DNA from: Rhodospirillaceae bacterium
GTDB taxonomy: Bacteria; Pseudomonadota; Alphaproteobacteria; Rhodospirillales; UBA2165
NCBI GenBank assembly: GCA_018649725.1
Contig: JABIHH010000087.1
Span: 18,550-82,549, forward strand
Direction: 5' to 3'
DNA: 64,000 nucleotides
Shown here piece by piece: positions 47,863 to 56,896 of the stretch. The position numbers and the translations under genes are program-made. The number at the start of each line of letters is the position of its first letter. Within the stretch, counting starts at the first letter, position 1. The notes beneath the pieces are model-generated. The model was not told the DNA's origin, did not search any database, and was given only the letters and a program-made list of their open reading frames with translations.

Positions 47863-49476
47863 TTACTCAGTGGGAAGCGCGAATAATTCGTGCTCACCCT
47901 CAAGGCCTTTCAATTCGAATTGACCAACCGACCTTAATTTTCCAGGAAAGGTATCGGCAAAAGTCGATGAAATAAGCACCGGCTCTCTAAGCTCTTTAGT
48001 CATGCTTTCGATGCGCGCGGCCTCATTGGCGGCTGAACCGATGACCGTAAATTCAAGCCGTTCAGGTATACCGATATTGCCGTAGGTCACATCACCCAGG
48101 TGCAATCCAATACCGTAGCCCAAGGGCGGCAAGTCACTATGCTCAACGTTGACCGTATTTATTCGCTCGGAAATCAACCCCGTCGCCTTAATCGCCCGGC
48201 GGCAGGCCTCTAACGCTCCGGTGGCATTCTCCCAAGATTTTGTTGTCTCACCGGCAATAGGGAAAATTGCCAGAACAGCATCGCCAATAAAACGAAGAAC
48301 TTCACCTTCATTTTCGATAATAGCCCCGGCCATGCAATGGAAGAAGCGATTGAGATGGAGCAAATAAGTTTCTTGATCCATACTCTCTGACAGGGCTGTC
48401 GAATCCCTAAAATCACAGAACCAAATGATGGCATGGATATGCTCACCATCGCCGTGCTTAATCTGACCCTCAAGAACACGTCTTCCGGTTCTGCGGCCAA
48501 GATATGTTTCCAAAAGTGCAACCGAAGTTCTCTTCTGCGCATGAACTTCCAACAAACGTCCCAACATTGGCAGAATTTCATAAATTTGGCCAAGGTGAGA
48601 AGTTGAAAATCCGCCTTCAGCAAAGGACGTCATCGACATGACATTTATCTGGCCATCAGAAAAAGTAAACGGCATCGCTGCGTAATCTGTTGCACCTTCT
48701 TCATGAAGGTCTTTGCAAACTGGGTAATCTAATTTGGGGCTATCACCTTCCAAACGTCGTCGCACACCACCGGCTCCTTTAATAATGGGAGCAAACGGGC
48801 TGTCTGAAAATTTCGGCTGAGTTAAAATATCATGTGGCTCCAATATGACCTTAACTTCAGGATCATCTTCCCGCCACACCAGAACATTGGCAAATACTTG
48901 CGGATGGAGAGTCGGCATAATGACAGTCATACGGGATAATGGGTAATCATTACCGTGTAAAAATTTACAAAATTCGGAGATTAGTTGATCAGCAGACGGC
49001 GCCTTCCAAGCATCTTCCAGCAGCCAGCCCGCAAGAGTATTCGCATGCATGCTTTTTTGCTGATTATCCAAGAAAGCAACTTCTTCGTCGCCCTCATAAA
49101 TGGCACTTACTTTGTTTTGATAAAATGAAACGTAGCCCCTTAATTGTTCGCCATCAGAATAAGGGTCTTCATACCCCCAAATTGCGTTTTCTGCGGTTTC
49201 CTCGCCAACCGTCAAAGTCCAATAACTAGCATTGCCTTTGAACGGGCAGTGGGTCTGATGATCGGTTTTTTCTAAATAGTCCATGATGACGTCATCGACC
49301 GGGAAGTAATACATCGGTGGTACGCGGGTTTCATAGACGATCAAAGCATTTGATGAATCGGCCACCCACGTGCCATTAAATTCAACTCTGACCCTCTCAG
49401 TGGCGGGTTCAAACCGAATTTCATAGTCTTTATCGTTACTGCTGGAATTACTCTCAACAGATTGATCGTCTGCCAT
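47863..49476 (-). CDS. DUF427 domain - regulatory middle domain - class III adenylate/guanylate cyclase fusion
   Basis: N-terminus RVRVEFNGTWVADSSNALIVYETRVPPMYYFPVDDV...HCPFKGNASYWTL (DUF427). C-terminus FCDFRDSTALS...FIGDAVLAIF...IGLHLGDVTYGNIG...EFTVIGSAANEAARIE (cyclase). Confidence 0.8.
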   Translation of the reverse strand: MADDQSVESNSSSNDKDYEIRFEPATERVRVEFNGTWVADSSNALIVYETRVPPMYYFPVDDVIMDYLEKTDHQTHCPFKGNASYWTLTVGEETAENAIWGYEDPYSDGEQLRGYVSFYQNKVSAIYEGDEEVAFLDNQQKSMHANTLAGWLLEDAWKAPSADQLISEFCKFLHGNDYPLSRMTVIMPTLHPQVFANVLVWREDDPEVKVILEPHDILTQPKFSDSPFAPIIKGAGGVRRRLEGDSPKLDYPVCKDLHEEGATDYAAMPFTFSDGQINVMSMTSFAEGGFSTSHLGQIYEILPMLGRLLEVHAQKRTSVALLETYLGRRTGRRVLEGQIKHGDGEHIHAIIWFCDFRDSTALSESMDQETYLLHLNRFFHCMAGAIIENEGEVLRFIGDAVLAIFPIAGETTKSWENATGALEACRRAIKATGLISERINTVNVEHSDLPPLGYGIGLHLGDVTYGNIGIPERLEFTVIGSAANEAARIESMTKELREPVLISSTFADTFPGKLRSVGQFELKGLEGEHELFALPTE

Positions 49477-49503
49477 TGCAAGGTTCCCGACATCTTTTTT
49501 TAG

Positions 49504-49520
49504 TATATCTTACAGATATA
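49504..49520. promoter_or_regulatory. Perfect palindrome TATATCT-TAC-AGATATA upstream of the DUF427-cyclase gene
   Basis: Read directly. Located 28-44 nt upstream of ATG 49476 in an AT-rich stretch. Confidence 0.35.
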
Positions 49521-49611
49521 AAATTTATATCCCATGACTATCATATATTGGTCCTATCGTCTTTCTAATAATTTCAACTCGCAGCCTCTTGAAAACACCT
49601 TATCAAAACCA

Positions 49612-49646
49612 GAAAAAGACCTCGCTGAATAAAATCAACGAGGTCT
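49612..49646 (-). terminator. Intrinsic terminator candidate after the hypothetical secreted-protein gene
   Basis: Minus-strand RNA forms AGACCUCG-14 nt-CGAGGUCU followed by UUUUCU. Confidence 0.5.
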
Positions 49647-49727
49647 CTCCTCTATCCCTGGGAAACCTGTCGGCTGGCAACAGGTCTCTCGGGCGCGGTG
49701 CGGCCTGCCAGGCTCGCGGTAATTCTC

Positions 49728-50525
49728 TTATTTACATCTTATCTTGGTGTCGTAACGAAACGGGCGTTTGGCCCAGGAGGGCTGGACGAAGATGCCGATC
49801 TCACCTCTGAGCGCCTTGCCGCGTTTGCGGATTTTAAACGTCGCTTGCTGCGAGTTCGCCAATTTCATGCGGCGCTTGGAGACCAAGGCATTGCCATCGG
49901 TACGGTGAATGCTGATGGCGGCCAGGCGCGGCCATTTATCACCAAGATTGGTCACCTGAAAGGTTGGCGTGTCACCATCACAGCGGGCGGTTACTTCGAC
50001 GTCCAGCTTGGCTTCAACGATCGAGGCAATTTGATCCTCTTTTGAAATTGCAGGGCCATTAACTAGGCTCGCCTGATGAACGTTAGGATTTATCCGATCA
50101 CCGCTAGAATTACCCGTGCCGTTTTGCGCCACTTGGCCGGAGAATTTATCCTTCAGGCAACGGGTTACAACCAGTCTCTCCTCAATCTGAATAATATGTT
50201 CTGCCAATTGCTTGCCGCGCAACCGAATGTCGCGGGATTTTACCAGCGCCGTTCCATTGCCGTCCAAGATGCCCTGCATCTTCTTTTTATAGTTTTCCCA
50301 TTTTATAATATAGGGCGTCCAATCGCCGCTATATTTACGGTCAACATATCTGACGATTTTAACATGAGTGGTCTTCCACCAGATAACATCCGGTAGGGCC
50401 GGACAACTCGCGGCTTTGGCAGCGATAAGATCCGTAGAACTTTGCGCCAATACGGCTTGATTTGGAAGAGTTGTGACACCTGCAATTAGTGCCAAACCAA
50501 TGAAACTATTTATCCTTCTGGACAT
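49728..50525 (-). CDS. Hypothetical secreted protein, no family recognised
   Basis: Signal peptide MSRRINSFIGLALIAGVTTLPNQAVLAQS, a helical N-terminal half with 2 Cys and a beta-rich C-terminal half. Confidence 0.55.
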   Translation of the reverse strand: MSRRINSFIGLALIAGVTTLPNQAVLAQSSTDLIAAKAASCPALPDVIWWKTTHVKIVRYVDRKYSGDWTPYIIKWENYKKKMQGILDGNGTALVKSRDIRLRGKQLAEHIIQIEERLVVTRCLKDKFSGQVAQNGTGNSSGDRINPNVHQASLVNGPAISKEDQIASIVEAKLDVEVTARCDGDTPTFQVTNLGDKWPRLAAISIHRTDGNALVSKRRMKLANSQQATFKIRKRGKALRGEIGIFVQPSWAKRPFRYDTKIRCK

Positions 50526-50753
50526 GAGCTTTTCTCCACTCCTTACTCATTTCACGAGTAAAAAAAGATTAAATCTTGCTCACGCCCGTTTGGGCTTGCG
50601 TTTAGATGCTGAAATCCCTCAATCATCGTCACGCGGTCGGATTCTGTCGATAGTACGCAGAACCTCGCATTAATTGAGGATCATTAGACTCCCAAAGTGG
50701 TTAAAGTCGGGTTAAGAAGTTCGGCTTCAGATCAAAAAATTAAATTTTAACCC

Positions 50754-51761
50754 TTAAATTTTCACTCGAGGGTAAATTCGCCTGACATTATCCTCGAAGA
50801 TCATTTTTTTCTCTTCGTCGGTCAAATGCGGCGTTGCGTCGATATAGCGCTTGGTATCGTCATAATAATTGCCCGTTTCAGGATCGATACCGCGCACTGC
50901 ACCGACCATCTCTGAAGCAAAGAGGATATTCTTCGCTGGGATGACCCGGGACATGCAATCGATGCCAGCCTGATGATAGACGCAGGTATCGAAAAATACA
51001 TTTTCCAGCAGATGATCATCCAAAAGCGGCTTTCCCATATCCTGTGCGAGGCCGCGATAGCGTCCCCAATGATACGGCACCGCGCCGCCGCCATGTGGGA
51101 TGACAAATTTAAGCGTCGGGAAATCTTTGAAGAGATCACCGACGATAAGCTGCATGAAGGCCGTCGTATCAGCGGCGATATAATGCGCACCGGTATGGTG
51201 GAAGTTGGGATTGCACGAGCCACTAACATGGATCATTGCCGGCACATCAAGCTCACACATTTTTTCATAAAGCGGATACCACCATTTATCGGTGAGTGGC
51301 GGATCGCTCCACATGGCGCCTGAGGGATCTGGATTAAGGTTACAGCCAACAAAGCCAAGCTCGTTCACACAGCGCTCAAGCTCGGCAATGCTTTCTTTAG
51401 GCTCAACACCGGGATATTGCGGCAATGCACAGACGCCAATGAAGTTCTCCGGGAATAGGCCAACCACCCTGGCCACCACATCATTAGAAAGCGACGTCCA
51501 TTCAACTGAAGTATCATGGGTCCCCAAATGGTGCCCCATACCAACGGCCCGAGGGGAAATGATGGTGACATCCATGCCGCGTTCGATTTGCAAGCGGCGT
51601 TGGTTCTGCTCAATGGTTTCGCGAATTTCATCATCCGTCATGATCAGTTCATGAGCGGTTGGTTTCCAATTGCCCTCTTCCGCCATCTTGAGCTGAGCAT
51701 TACGCCAATCGTCATATTTCTTGGGAGCTGTCGTATAGTGACCGTGACAATCGATAATCAT
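50754..51761 (-). CDS. Amidohydrolase_2 family enzyme, LigJ (4-oxalomesaconate hydratase)-like
   Basis: MIIDCHGHYTTAP, WWYPLYEKMCELDVPAMIH, IPHGGGAVPY, FDT. The LigJ assignment is from memory of that family. Confidence 0.7.
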   Translation of the reverse strand: MIIDCHGHYTTAPKKYDDWRNAQLKMAEEGNWKPTAHELIMTDDEIRETIEQNQRRLQIERGMDVTIISPRAVGMGHHLGTHDTSVEWTSLSNDVVARVVGLFPENFIGVCALPQYPGVEPKESIAELERCVNELGFVGCNLNPDPSGAMWSDPPLTDKWWYPLYEKMCELDVPAMIHVSGSCNPNFHHTGAHYIAADTTAFMQLIVGDLFKDFPTLKFVIPHGGGAVPYHWGRYRGLAQDMGKPLLDDHLLENVFFDTCVYHQAGIDCMSRVIPAKNILFASEMVGAVRGIDPETGNYYDDTKRYIDATPHLTDEEKKMIFEDNVRRIYPRVKI

Positions 51762-51783
51762 TTTCTCAAATCCTCTTTATCTT

Positions 51784-52647
51784 TTAAACGCGATTTGTAA
51801 GCTCAAGACCTTTCTCAAGGCCATCATAAGAACGAGTTGGGCCAGACATGATGAAACGATACCCTTCATCTAACAGGCGCTGCATATTACCAGCATTGGC
51901 ATGGGGGTGGCCGACGACGACATTGTGCTCTTTGCAGGTCGCGACGATTTCCGCCATCGCCTCCAATAGAACGGGATGATCATATTGACGAGGAAAGCCA
52001 AGTTCCTGACCAAGATCCCCTTCACCGATTAAGACCGCCCCAATGCCCGGCACATTTTTAAGCATCTCGGGTAAATTCTTAATACCGGCGGTGTCCTCAA
52101 TTTGAATGATGACAAAAATCTCGCCCTTGGGATCAAGCGGCCAGACATCTGCCTTGGCATAATAGTCTTGCTGGCTGAGCCCCCAATAGCGGCACGCCCG
52201 GGTCGGACCATCGCCCCGAATGCCTTGCGGCTCAAAATTCGGCTTATCACTGAGCCGGGGATAGCGGCACGCGGCAACTGCATTATAAGCTTCTTCAACC
52301 GTCGAGATATGCGGCCAGACAACGCCGTAGACACCGCTATCTAAAGCCTGCTTGGCATGCCACTGCCCCTTCTCGACACCATTTACCGGCACGCGGACCA
52401 AAGGTGTGACGGCAGGGGCAAGTGAGTCGGAACTGGCAATTTGCTGACGGTTTAATAAATACTGTAAGGAGTCAGAGAGCGCTGCTGCATCCCAGGGGTT
52501 ATGCTCCCCTTCGAAAACGACGCCGTCATATTTGCTGGTCGAAAAGGCGGTTGCTGCATTAATGTCCATCGACAAAAATGACGAGAACGCCACGCCGCCT
52601 GTCTCCAAAGCCCTCACAATTCCATTTAATCTCGGGATGTCTCCCAC
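51784..52647 (-). CDS. HpcH/HpaI-family aldolase-like protein
   Basis: DGVVFEGEHNP, LVRVP, VVWPHISTVEEAYNAVAACRYP, IIQIEDTAG, LIGEGDLGQELG. Confidence 0.75.
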   Translation of the reverse strand: MGDIPRLNGIVRALETGGVAFSSFLSMDINAATAFSTSKYDGVVFEGEHNPWDAAALSDSLQYLLNRQQIASSDSLAPAVTPLVRVPVNGVEKGQWHAKQALDSGVYGVVWPHISTVEEAYNAVAACRYPRLSDKPNFEPQGIRGDGPTRACRYWGLSQQDYYAKADVWPLDPKGEIFVIIQIEDTAGIKNLPEMLKNVPGIGAVLIGEGDLGQELGFPRQYDHPVLLEAMAEIVATCKEHNVVVGHPHANAGNMQRLLDEGYRFIMSGPTRSYDGLEKGLELTNRV

Positions 52648-52762
52648 AGCACCCTCCCAAAGTGGCTCTTTTGGAGAGTAATTATCCTGGGTTATCGAGA
52701 GAAGACAACACTCAATTTGGGCGAGATTTCAATAAGTGGAATAAAGCTGGTTAAAAGCTAAA

Positions 52763-55093
52763 TCAGCCCGCGAGTTTGATCCGCGTGTGAATTTGACCAA
52801 ATGGCGTTTCAAAATCATGCTTGGTTTGACGCGCGAACTCAAAATTTGAACGCTCATGGATGACAATGAGATCCGGGCACCACTCGGCGATCAGCTTCAC
52901 CGCAGCTTGCGAATGATTTGGCGTTGCTGTCGCCATAACGGCTGGGTTGCTGATCCCCAAATCTGCGGCGATGCCTTTTAGATGCTGACGAGCCGGTGCA
53001 CAGAGGGCGGTTTCCATTTCTTCGGATAAAAATCCTTCCGGCATCACATTGCCGCTTCCCCAGTTCCAATTAACGATCTGACCAAAAGCCAGTTCGGCTC
53101 CGACTTCTTCTGCCAGACGTTGTGCCTCAGCCATGGTTTCGCGCGCGCCATCATCGCCGTCATCATGTTCGATCAAAGCGAGAATACGGGCTGGATTTTT
53201 TCTGCCCGCACTTGGCCCCATATGAACAACAGGATCAGGCTTTTTCTCGATTTTTCTGGATGGCGCAGGCATTTCTGGCACCAGAACTGCGGAAGTCGGA
53301 ACTTCATTACTGCGCGGAATGTCAGCCGGCTCGGAGCCACATTCCTGGAAGATATGTTTTGGGCAAGTCGCGCAGATATCCTGGTCAATAAATGAATAGA
53401 CGGTTGAAAGGGCCGCAGTCTTAGATTCAAAAATATTGTCTGCGCCAATTGCCCGATCAAACCCGGTGCGTTTTAAAACCAATGAGACCGCTTCTTTAAT
53501 GCCAATGAGACACAGATGGCCACCGACATTGCGGCGGCGGCGCGCTTCATTGGCGAGCGCTTCCGCGCCTTCCATATCGATGAAGTTAATGCCAGAGGTA
53601 ACGACGACTAGATTTTTCTGCATCGGCTGATTGCGCTCGAACTGGCGTAATTTGGCAACAACATTTGAAACCGCGCCAAAAAACAACGAGCCATCAATTC
53701 GGATGATCTTAACCTGCGGGCATTCCGACAAATTGGGATCAGCACTGAAGCGGCGGCGCGGATCATTACTATCGGGAGCGAGCGTTGAGACTTTCGGATG
53801 CGAGGTGCGGTTAAGATAAAATACCAACGATAAAATAACGCCGGTGAAAATCGCCACTTCGAGATTGATAAACAGCACGGCAAAGAAAGTTGCCAGCATG
53901 ACCGTGGTTTCAGACTTACTGGACGTCAGGATTTGGCGAATATGTTTGCCATCGATCAAGCCGGAAATCACCAGGAACAAAATGCCGGCGACAGTTGCTT
54001 TGGGCAGATACTCGGCAAAGGGTGCGACAAAAGGTGTCATGGCCAGCAAGATCACACCACCGACCGCCGCCGCCATCGGTGTTTTGGCGCCTGAGCTGAA
54101 ATTCAACGCCGAGCGATTGAACGAACCGGTCGCGACATAACCAGAGAAAAAGCCGCCGACAATGTTCGAAAGGCCTTGGCCGATAAATTCCTGACTGCCA
54201 TCGATTTGCTGACCGGTTTTCGACGCGATGGAACGCGCAATAGAGACGGCTTCGGTTAAAGCAAACAAAGCAACAGCAAACGCGGTCGGGGCTAATTCCT
54301 TGAAGACGTCCAACGAGAAATCGGGCGAAGACAGCGGCGGCAAGCCTGAATTAATTGCCCCAATAGTCGGCACTTTAGCAACACCAAAATGGTCGAGGGC
54401 GAAGGCCACCAGCGCTGAGAACAGCATCGCGACAATCATATAAGGTGACTTCGGCAAATATTTTCGTAACAACAATCCGCTGATAATTGTGATCAGACCG
54501 ACAGAAGTTGCGGCCGGGGAGATTTGATCAAATTGACGAAATATAATGAGAGCAACATCGTAAAATTTGGACCCACGGGGAATTTCCAGCCCTAAGAAAT
54601 CTCTCGCCTGACTGGCGGCGATTAAAATGGCAGCCCCTGCCGTGAAACCAATCGCCACAGTGTGCGAGATAAAATTAATCAGCGAGCCTAAACGCGCCAA
54701 GCCCATCACCAATTCGATGACACCGACCATAAACGTGAGCGTGAGCACCAAGGTCACATAACTTGCGGTACCCGCTTCGGCCATGATGCCGATCGAAGAA
54801 AAAATCAGAATGGAGGCTGCGGTGGTTGGGCCCGAAACCAAATGCCAAGACGAGCCAAATAGGGCGGCGACAATGGCGGGGATCATGCCGGCATAGAGAC
54901 CGTATTCGGGCGGCATGCCAGCAATGGTAGCAAAAGCGACACCTTGCGGGATCATAATCATGGCACCGGTAAAAGCCGCCATCAAATCAGCATTGATGGT
55001 GGATCGATTTACCGAACGCATCCAAAACAGAAATGGAAAGATACGGCTCGCGCCACCGTTCAGGTGCGCGAAGGGGCGTTGTCTAAGGGCCAT
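52763..55093 (-). CDS. SulP-family anion permease with a STAS domain and an extra C-terminal alpha/beta (USP-like) domain
   Basis: 776 aa: the SulP TM core (IPQGVAFATIAGMPPEYGLY), a STAS region (KIIRIDGSLFFGA), then about 190 further residues. Confidence 0.9.
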   Translation of the reverse strand: MALRQRPFAHLNGGASRIFPFLFWMRSVNRSTINADLMAAFTGAMIMIPQGVAFATIAGMPPEYGLYAGMIPAIVAALFGSSWHLVSGPTTAASILIFSSIGIMAEAGTASYVTLVLTLTFMVGVIELVMGLARLGSLINFISHTVAIGFTAGAAILIAASQARDFLGLEIPRGSKFYDVALIIFRQFDQISPAATSVGLITIISGLLLRKYLPKSPYMIVAMLFSALVAFALDHFGVAKVPTIGAINSGLPPLSSPDFSLDVFKELAPTAFAVALFALTEAVSIARSIASKTGQQIDGSQEFIGQGLSNIVGGFFSGYVATGSFNRSALNFSSGAKTPMAAAVGGVILLAMTPFVAPFAEYLPKATVAGILFLVISGLIDGKHIRQILTSSKSETTVMLATFFAVLFINLEVAIFTGVILSLVFYLNRTSHPKVSTLAPDSNDPRRRFSADPNLSECPQVKIIRIDGSLFFGAVSNVVAKLRQFERNQPMQKNLVVVTSGINFIDMEGAEALANEARRRRNVGGHLCLIGIKEAVSLVLKRTGFDRAIGADNIFESKTAALSTVYSFIDQDICATCPKHIFQECGSEPADIPRSNEVPTSAVLVPEMPAPSRKIEKKPDPVVHMGPSAGRKNPARILALIEHDDGDDGARETMAEAQRLAEEVGAELAFGQIVNWNWGSGNVMPEGFLSEEMETALCAPARQHLKGIAADLGISNPAVMATATPNHSQAAVKLIAEWCPDLIVIHERSNFEFARQTKHDFETPFGQIHTRIKLAG

Positions 55094-55261
55094 AATGTCT
55101 CAATATATCGGGCAGAATTCGAAAAAATTAGCGACAAAGTACCGCTTGATTCGCCTGAGGTGGAGGGGTTGTAGGCGCGTTGGAACTCGATGTCAATTGA
55201 TTAGTCATACTCAAAACGCATGGCACAATCGCGCACGGGGAATGGCTTGGGAATAGCTTAT

Positions 55262-56758
55262 TTAATCGGCCAAAAGTGCTGAAAAAGCGGCCGTCTGAAC
55301 CGCCTCCAGTTCGCCCTCACTTGGAATGCGATGCCAGTCAATCATCCCAACATCGTAGGCGAGTTGTTGCTTGAGAATTGCCACCGTCGCGTCTGAAGCA
55401 TCCTTTGTTCGATTGGATATCCTGGCCTCGGCAGCCGCCGGATCGAGATCGAGCCATATCCCATCGAAAGCAATCCCGGCGTGCTTCGCCACTTCAGCAA
55501 TAGCGGCGCGTTCCTCAGGCCCCGCAAACACCGCATCAGCAATGACAGAGTGCCCCGCCGCCAGAGCTGTTGCAGCATCACGGTAAATCTGCCTATAGGT
55601 TTTTTGGGTCATCTCCGCACTGTAGCCCTCGTCCGGCAAAGTTTCATACTGCCCAATTTCGGCCAGATGTTTGCGGATGACATCACTCCGGAGAATGAGC
55701 GCGCCTGGAAGCGGCAAGATTGTTGGTGCGAGCGCACGGGCCAAGGAGGTTTTTCCCGTGCCCGACAGGCCGCCAATGACAATGAGCCGGGGGGCTGTGG
55801 GCTCCAGACAGCCAATCGCCAGATCAAGATATTTTATCGCCTCACTTTCCGCTTTTGCCAAGGCTGCCACATGCGCCCGAATACTGGCCCGCATTGACAT
55901 AAAGAGCGGCAAAACTGCAAGCGCTTCAACATCGCCTGAAAGCATTAAATAGCGATTGAGCAGCCAATTAGCTTCAGTAACCATATCCTGAAATACCAAA
56001 TCCATGATCAAGAAAGCCAGATCATACATCACATCAATGGTCGCCAAGTCGTCGCTGAACTCAATCGCATCAAACAGCACTGGCTCTTCATCAATCATGA
56101 CAATATTGCCAAGGTGGAGATCACCATGGCAGTGACGCACCCTTCCCTGCGCCTTTCGCCGCTCAAGCAATGAAATATTTTGCTTTAAGTTTCTCTGTAG
56201 CCGGTCATTTAACTCTTCGATTTTTGTGTCGTCAAAAATGCCCGCGCCATATTCTTCAAAACATTGTCCGTTGTTTTCGATAATACTGGCAATCCGCTCA
56301 GCGCCTCCGGCAACTTGGGCGGCGGGTTCATGGCGATGAAATTCAAAAATCTTTTCCGCCAACAATTCCATGTCGTGAAGGCTGAGATGATTGCTCTTAG
56401 CCATCGTGCTGAGCAAACTCTCCTGCTCAAACCGGTTCATCTCGACCAGCCAATCAACGACCTCACCCTCTCCGTCGATCGCCAACTCGCCACCCGGGCC
56501 TTTGGTCACCGGCTTGATGCCAAGATAAATTTCAGGAGCCGTGCGCTGATTTAGCTTTACTTCGTTTTGACATGCCTGCTCGCGAGCTTCCAGTGTTGAG
56601 AAATCCAGATAGGGCAAGGCAACGGCGCGCTTAAGTTTATAAGCCTTAGGGCCAGCCAAAAATATGTGAGAAATATGGGTCTCCATTAAGGCGACGTGAT
56701 CAACTTCAGGCCCATAGGTCGTAGGATGGGAAAGAAGCTCAATGATGGCAGACTGCAT
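55262..56758 (-). CDS. Fusion of an APH-like kinase domain with a P-loop (AAA_33-type) kinase domain
   Basis: HGDLHLGNIV...FDAIEF (APH/ePK-like), then IGGLSGTGKTSLA (P-loop). ATG 56758 is preceded by GGAAGGTGG. The ORF-track TTG extension was rejected. Confidence 0.75.
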   Translation of the reverse strand: MQSAIIELLSHPTTYGPEVDHVALMETHISHIFLAGPKAYKLKRAVALPYLDFSTLEAREQACQNEVKLNQRTAPEIYLGIKPVTKGPGGELAIDGEGEVVDWLVEMNRFEQESLLSTMAKSNHLSLHDMELLAEKIFEFHRHEPAAQVAGGAERIASIIENNGQCFEEYGAGIFDDTKIEELNDRLQRNLKQNISLLERRKAQGRVRHCHGDLHLGNIVMIDEEPVLFDAIEFSDDLATIDVMYDLAFLIMDLVFQDMVTEANWLLNRYLMLSGDVEALAVLPLFMSMRASIRAHVAALAKAESEAIKYLDLAIGCLEPTAPRLIVIGGLSGTGKTSLARALAPTILPLPGALILRSDVIRKHLAEIGQYETLPDEGYSAEMTQKTYRQIYRDAATALAAGHSVIADAVFAGPEERAAIAEVAKHAGIAFDGIWLDLDPAAAEARISNRTKDASDATVAILKQQLAYDVGMIDWHRIPSEGELEAVQTAAFSALLAD

Positions 56759-56848
56759 ACCCACCTTCCCAACAAAGTTGCAGCAAGTAAAATGAGGTAG
56801 TGAACGGGGCAATTGCTCAAAAACTACTACAAACTATTAATTATTTCT

Positions 56849-56862
56849 TTGATTGGAATCAA
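56849..56862. promoter_or_regulatory. Perfect FNR-type box TTGAT-N4-ATCAA
   Basis: TTGATtggaATCAA. On the minus strand a TAGTTT hexamer (56826-56821) starts 29.5 nt from the box centre. It is upstream of the APH/P-loop kinase gene. Confidence 0.5.
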
Positions 56863-56896
56863 TATCGAATAGTTTGAGGTCGCTTATATTCCAGGT

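Noticed and set aside
47852-47866. TTAA-N7-TTAC near-CtrA box
   Set aside because: It overlaps the stop codon of the DUF427-cyclase gene between two convergent 3' ends, so there is no promoter context, and it has one mismatch.
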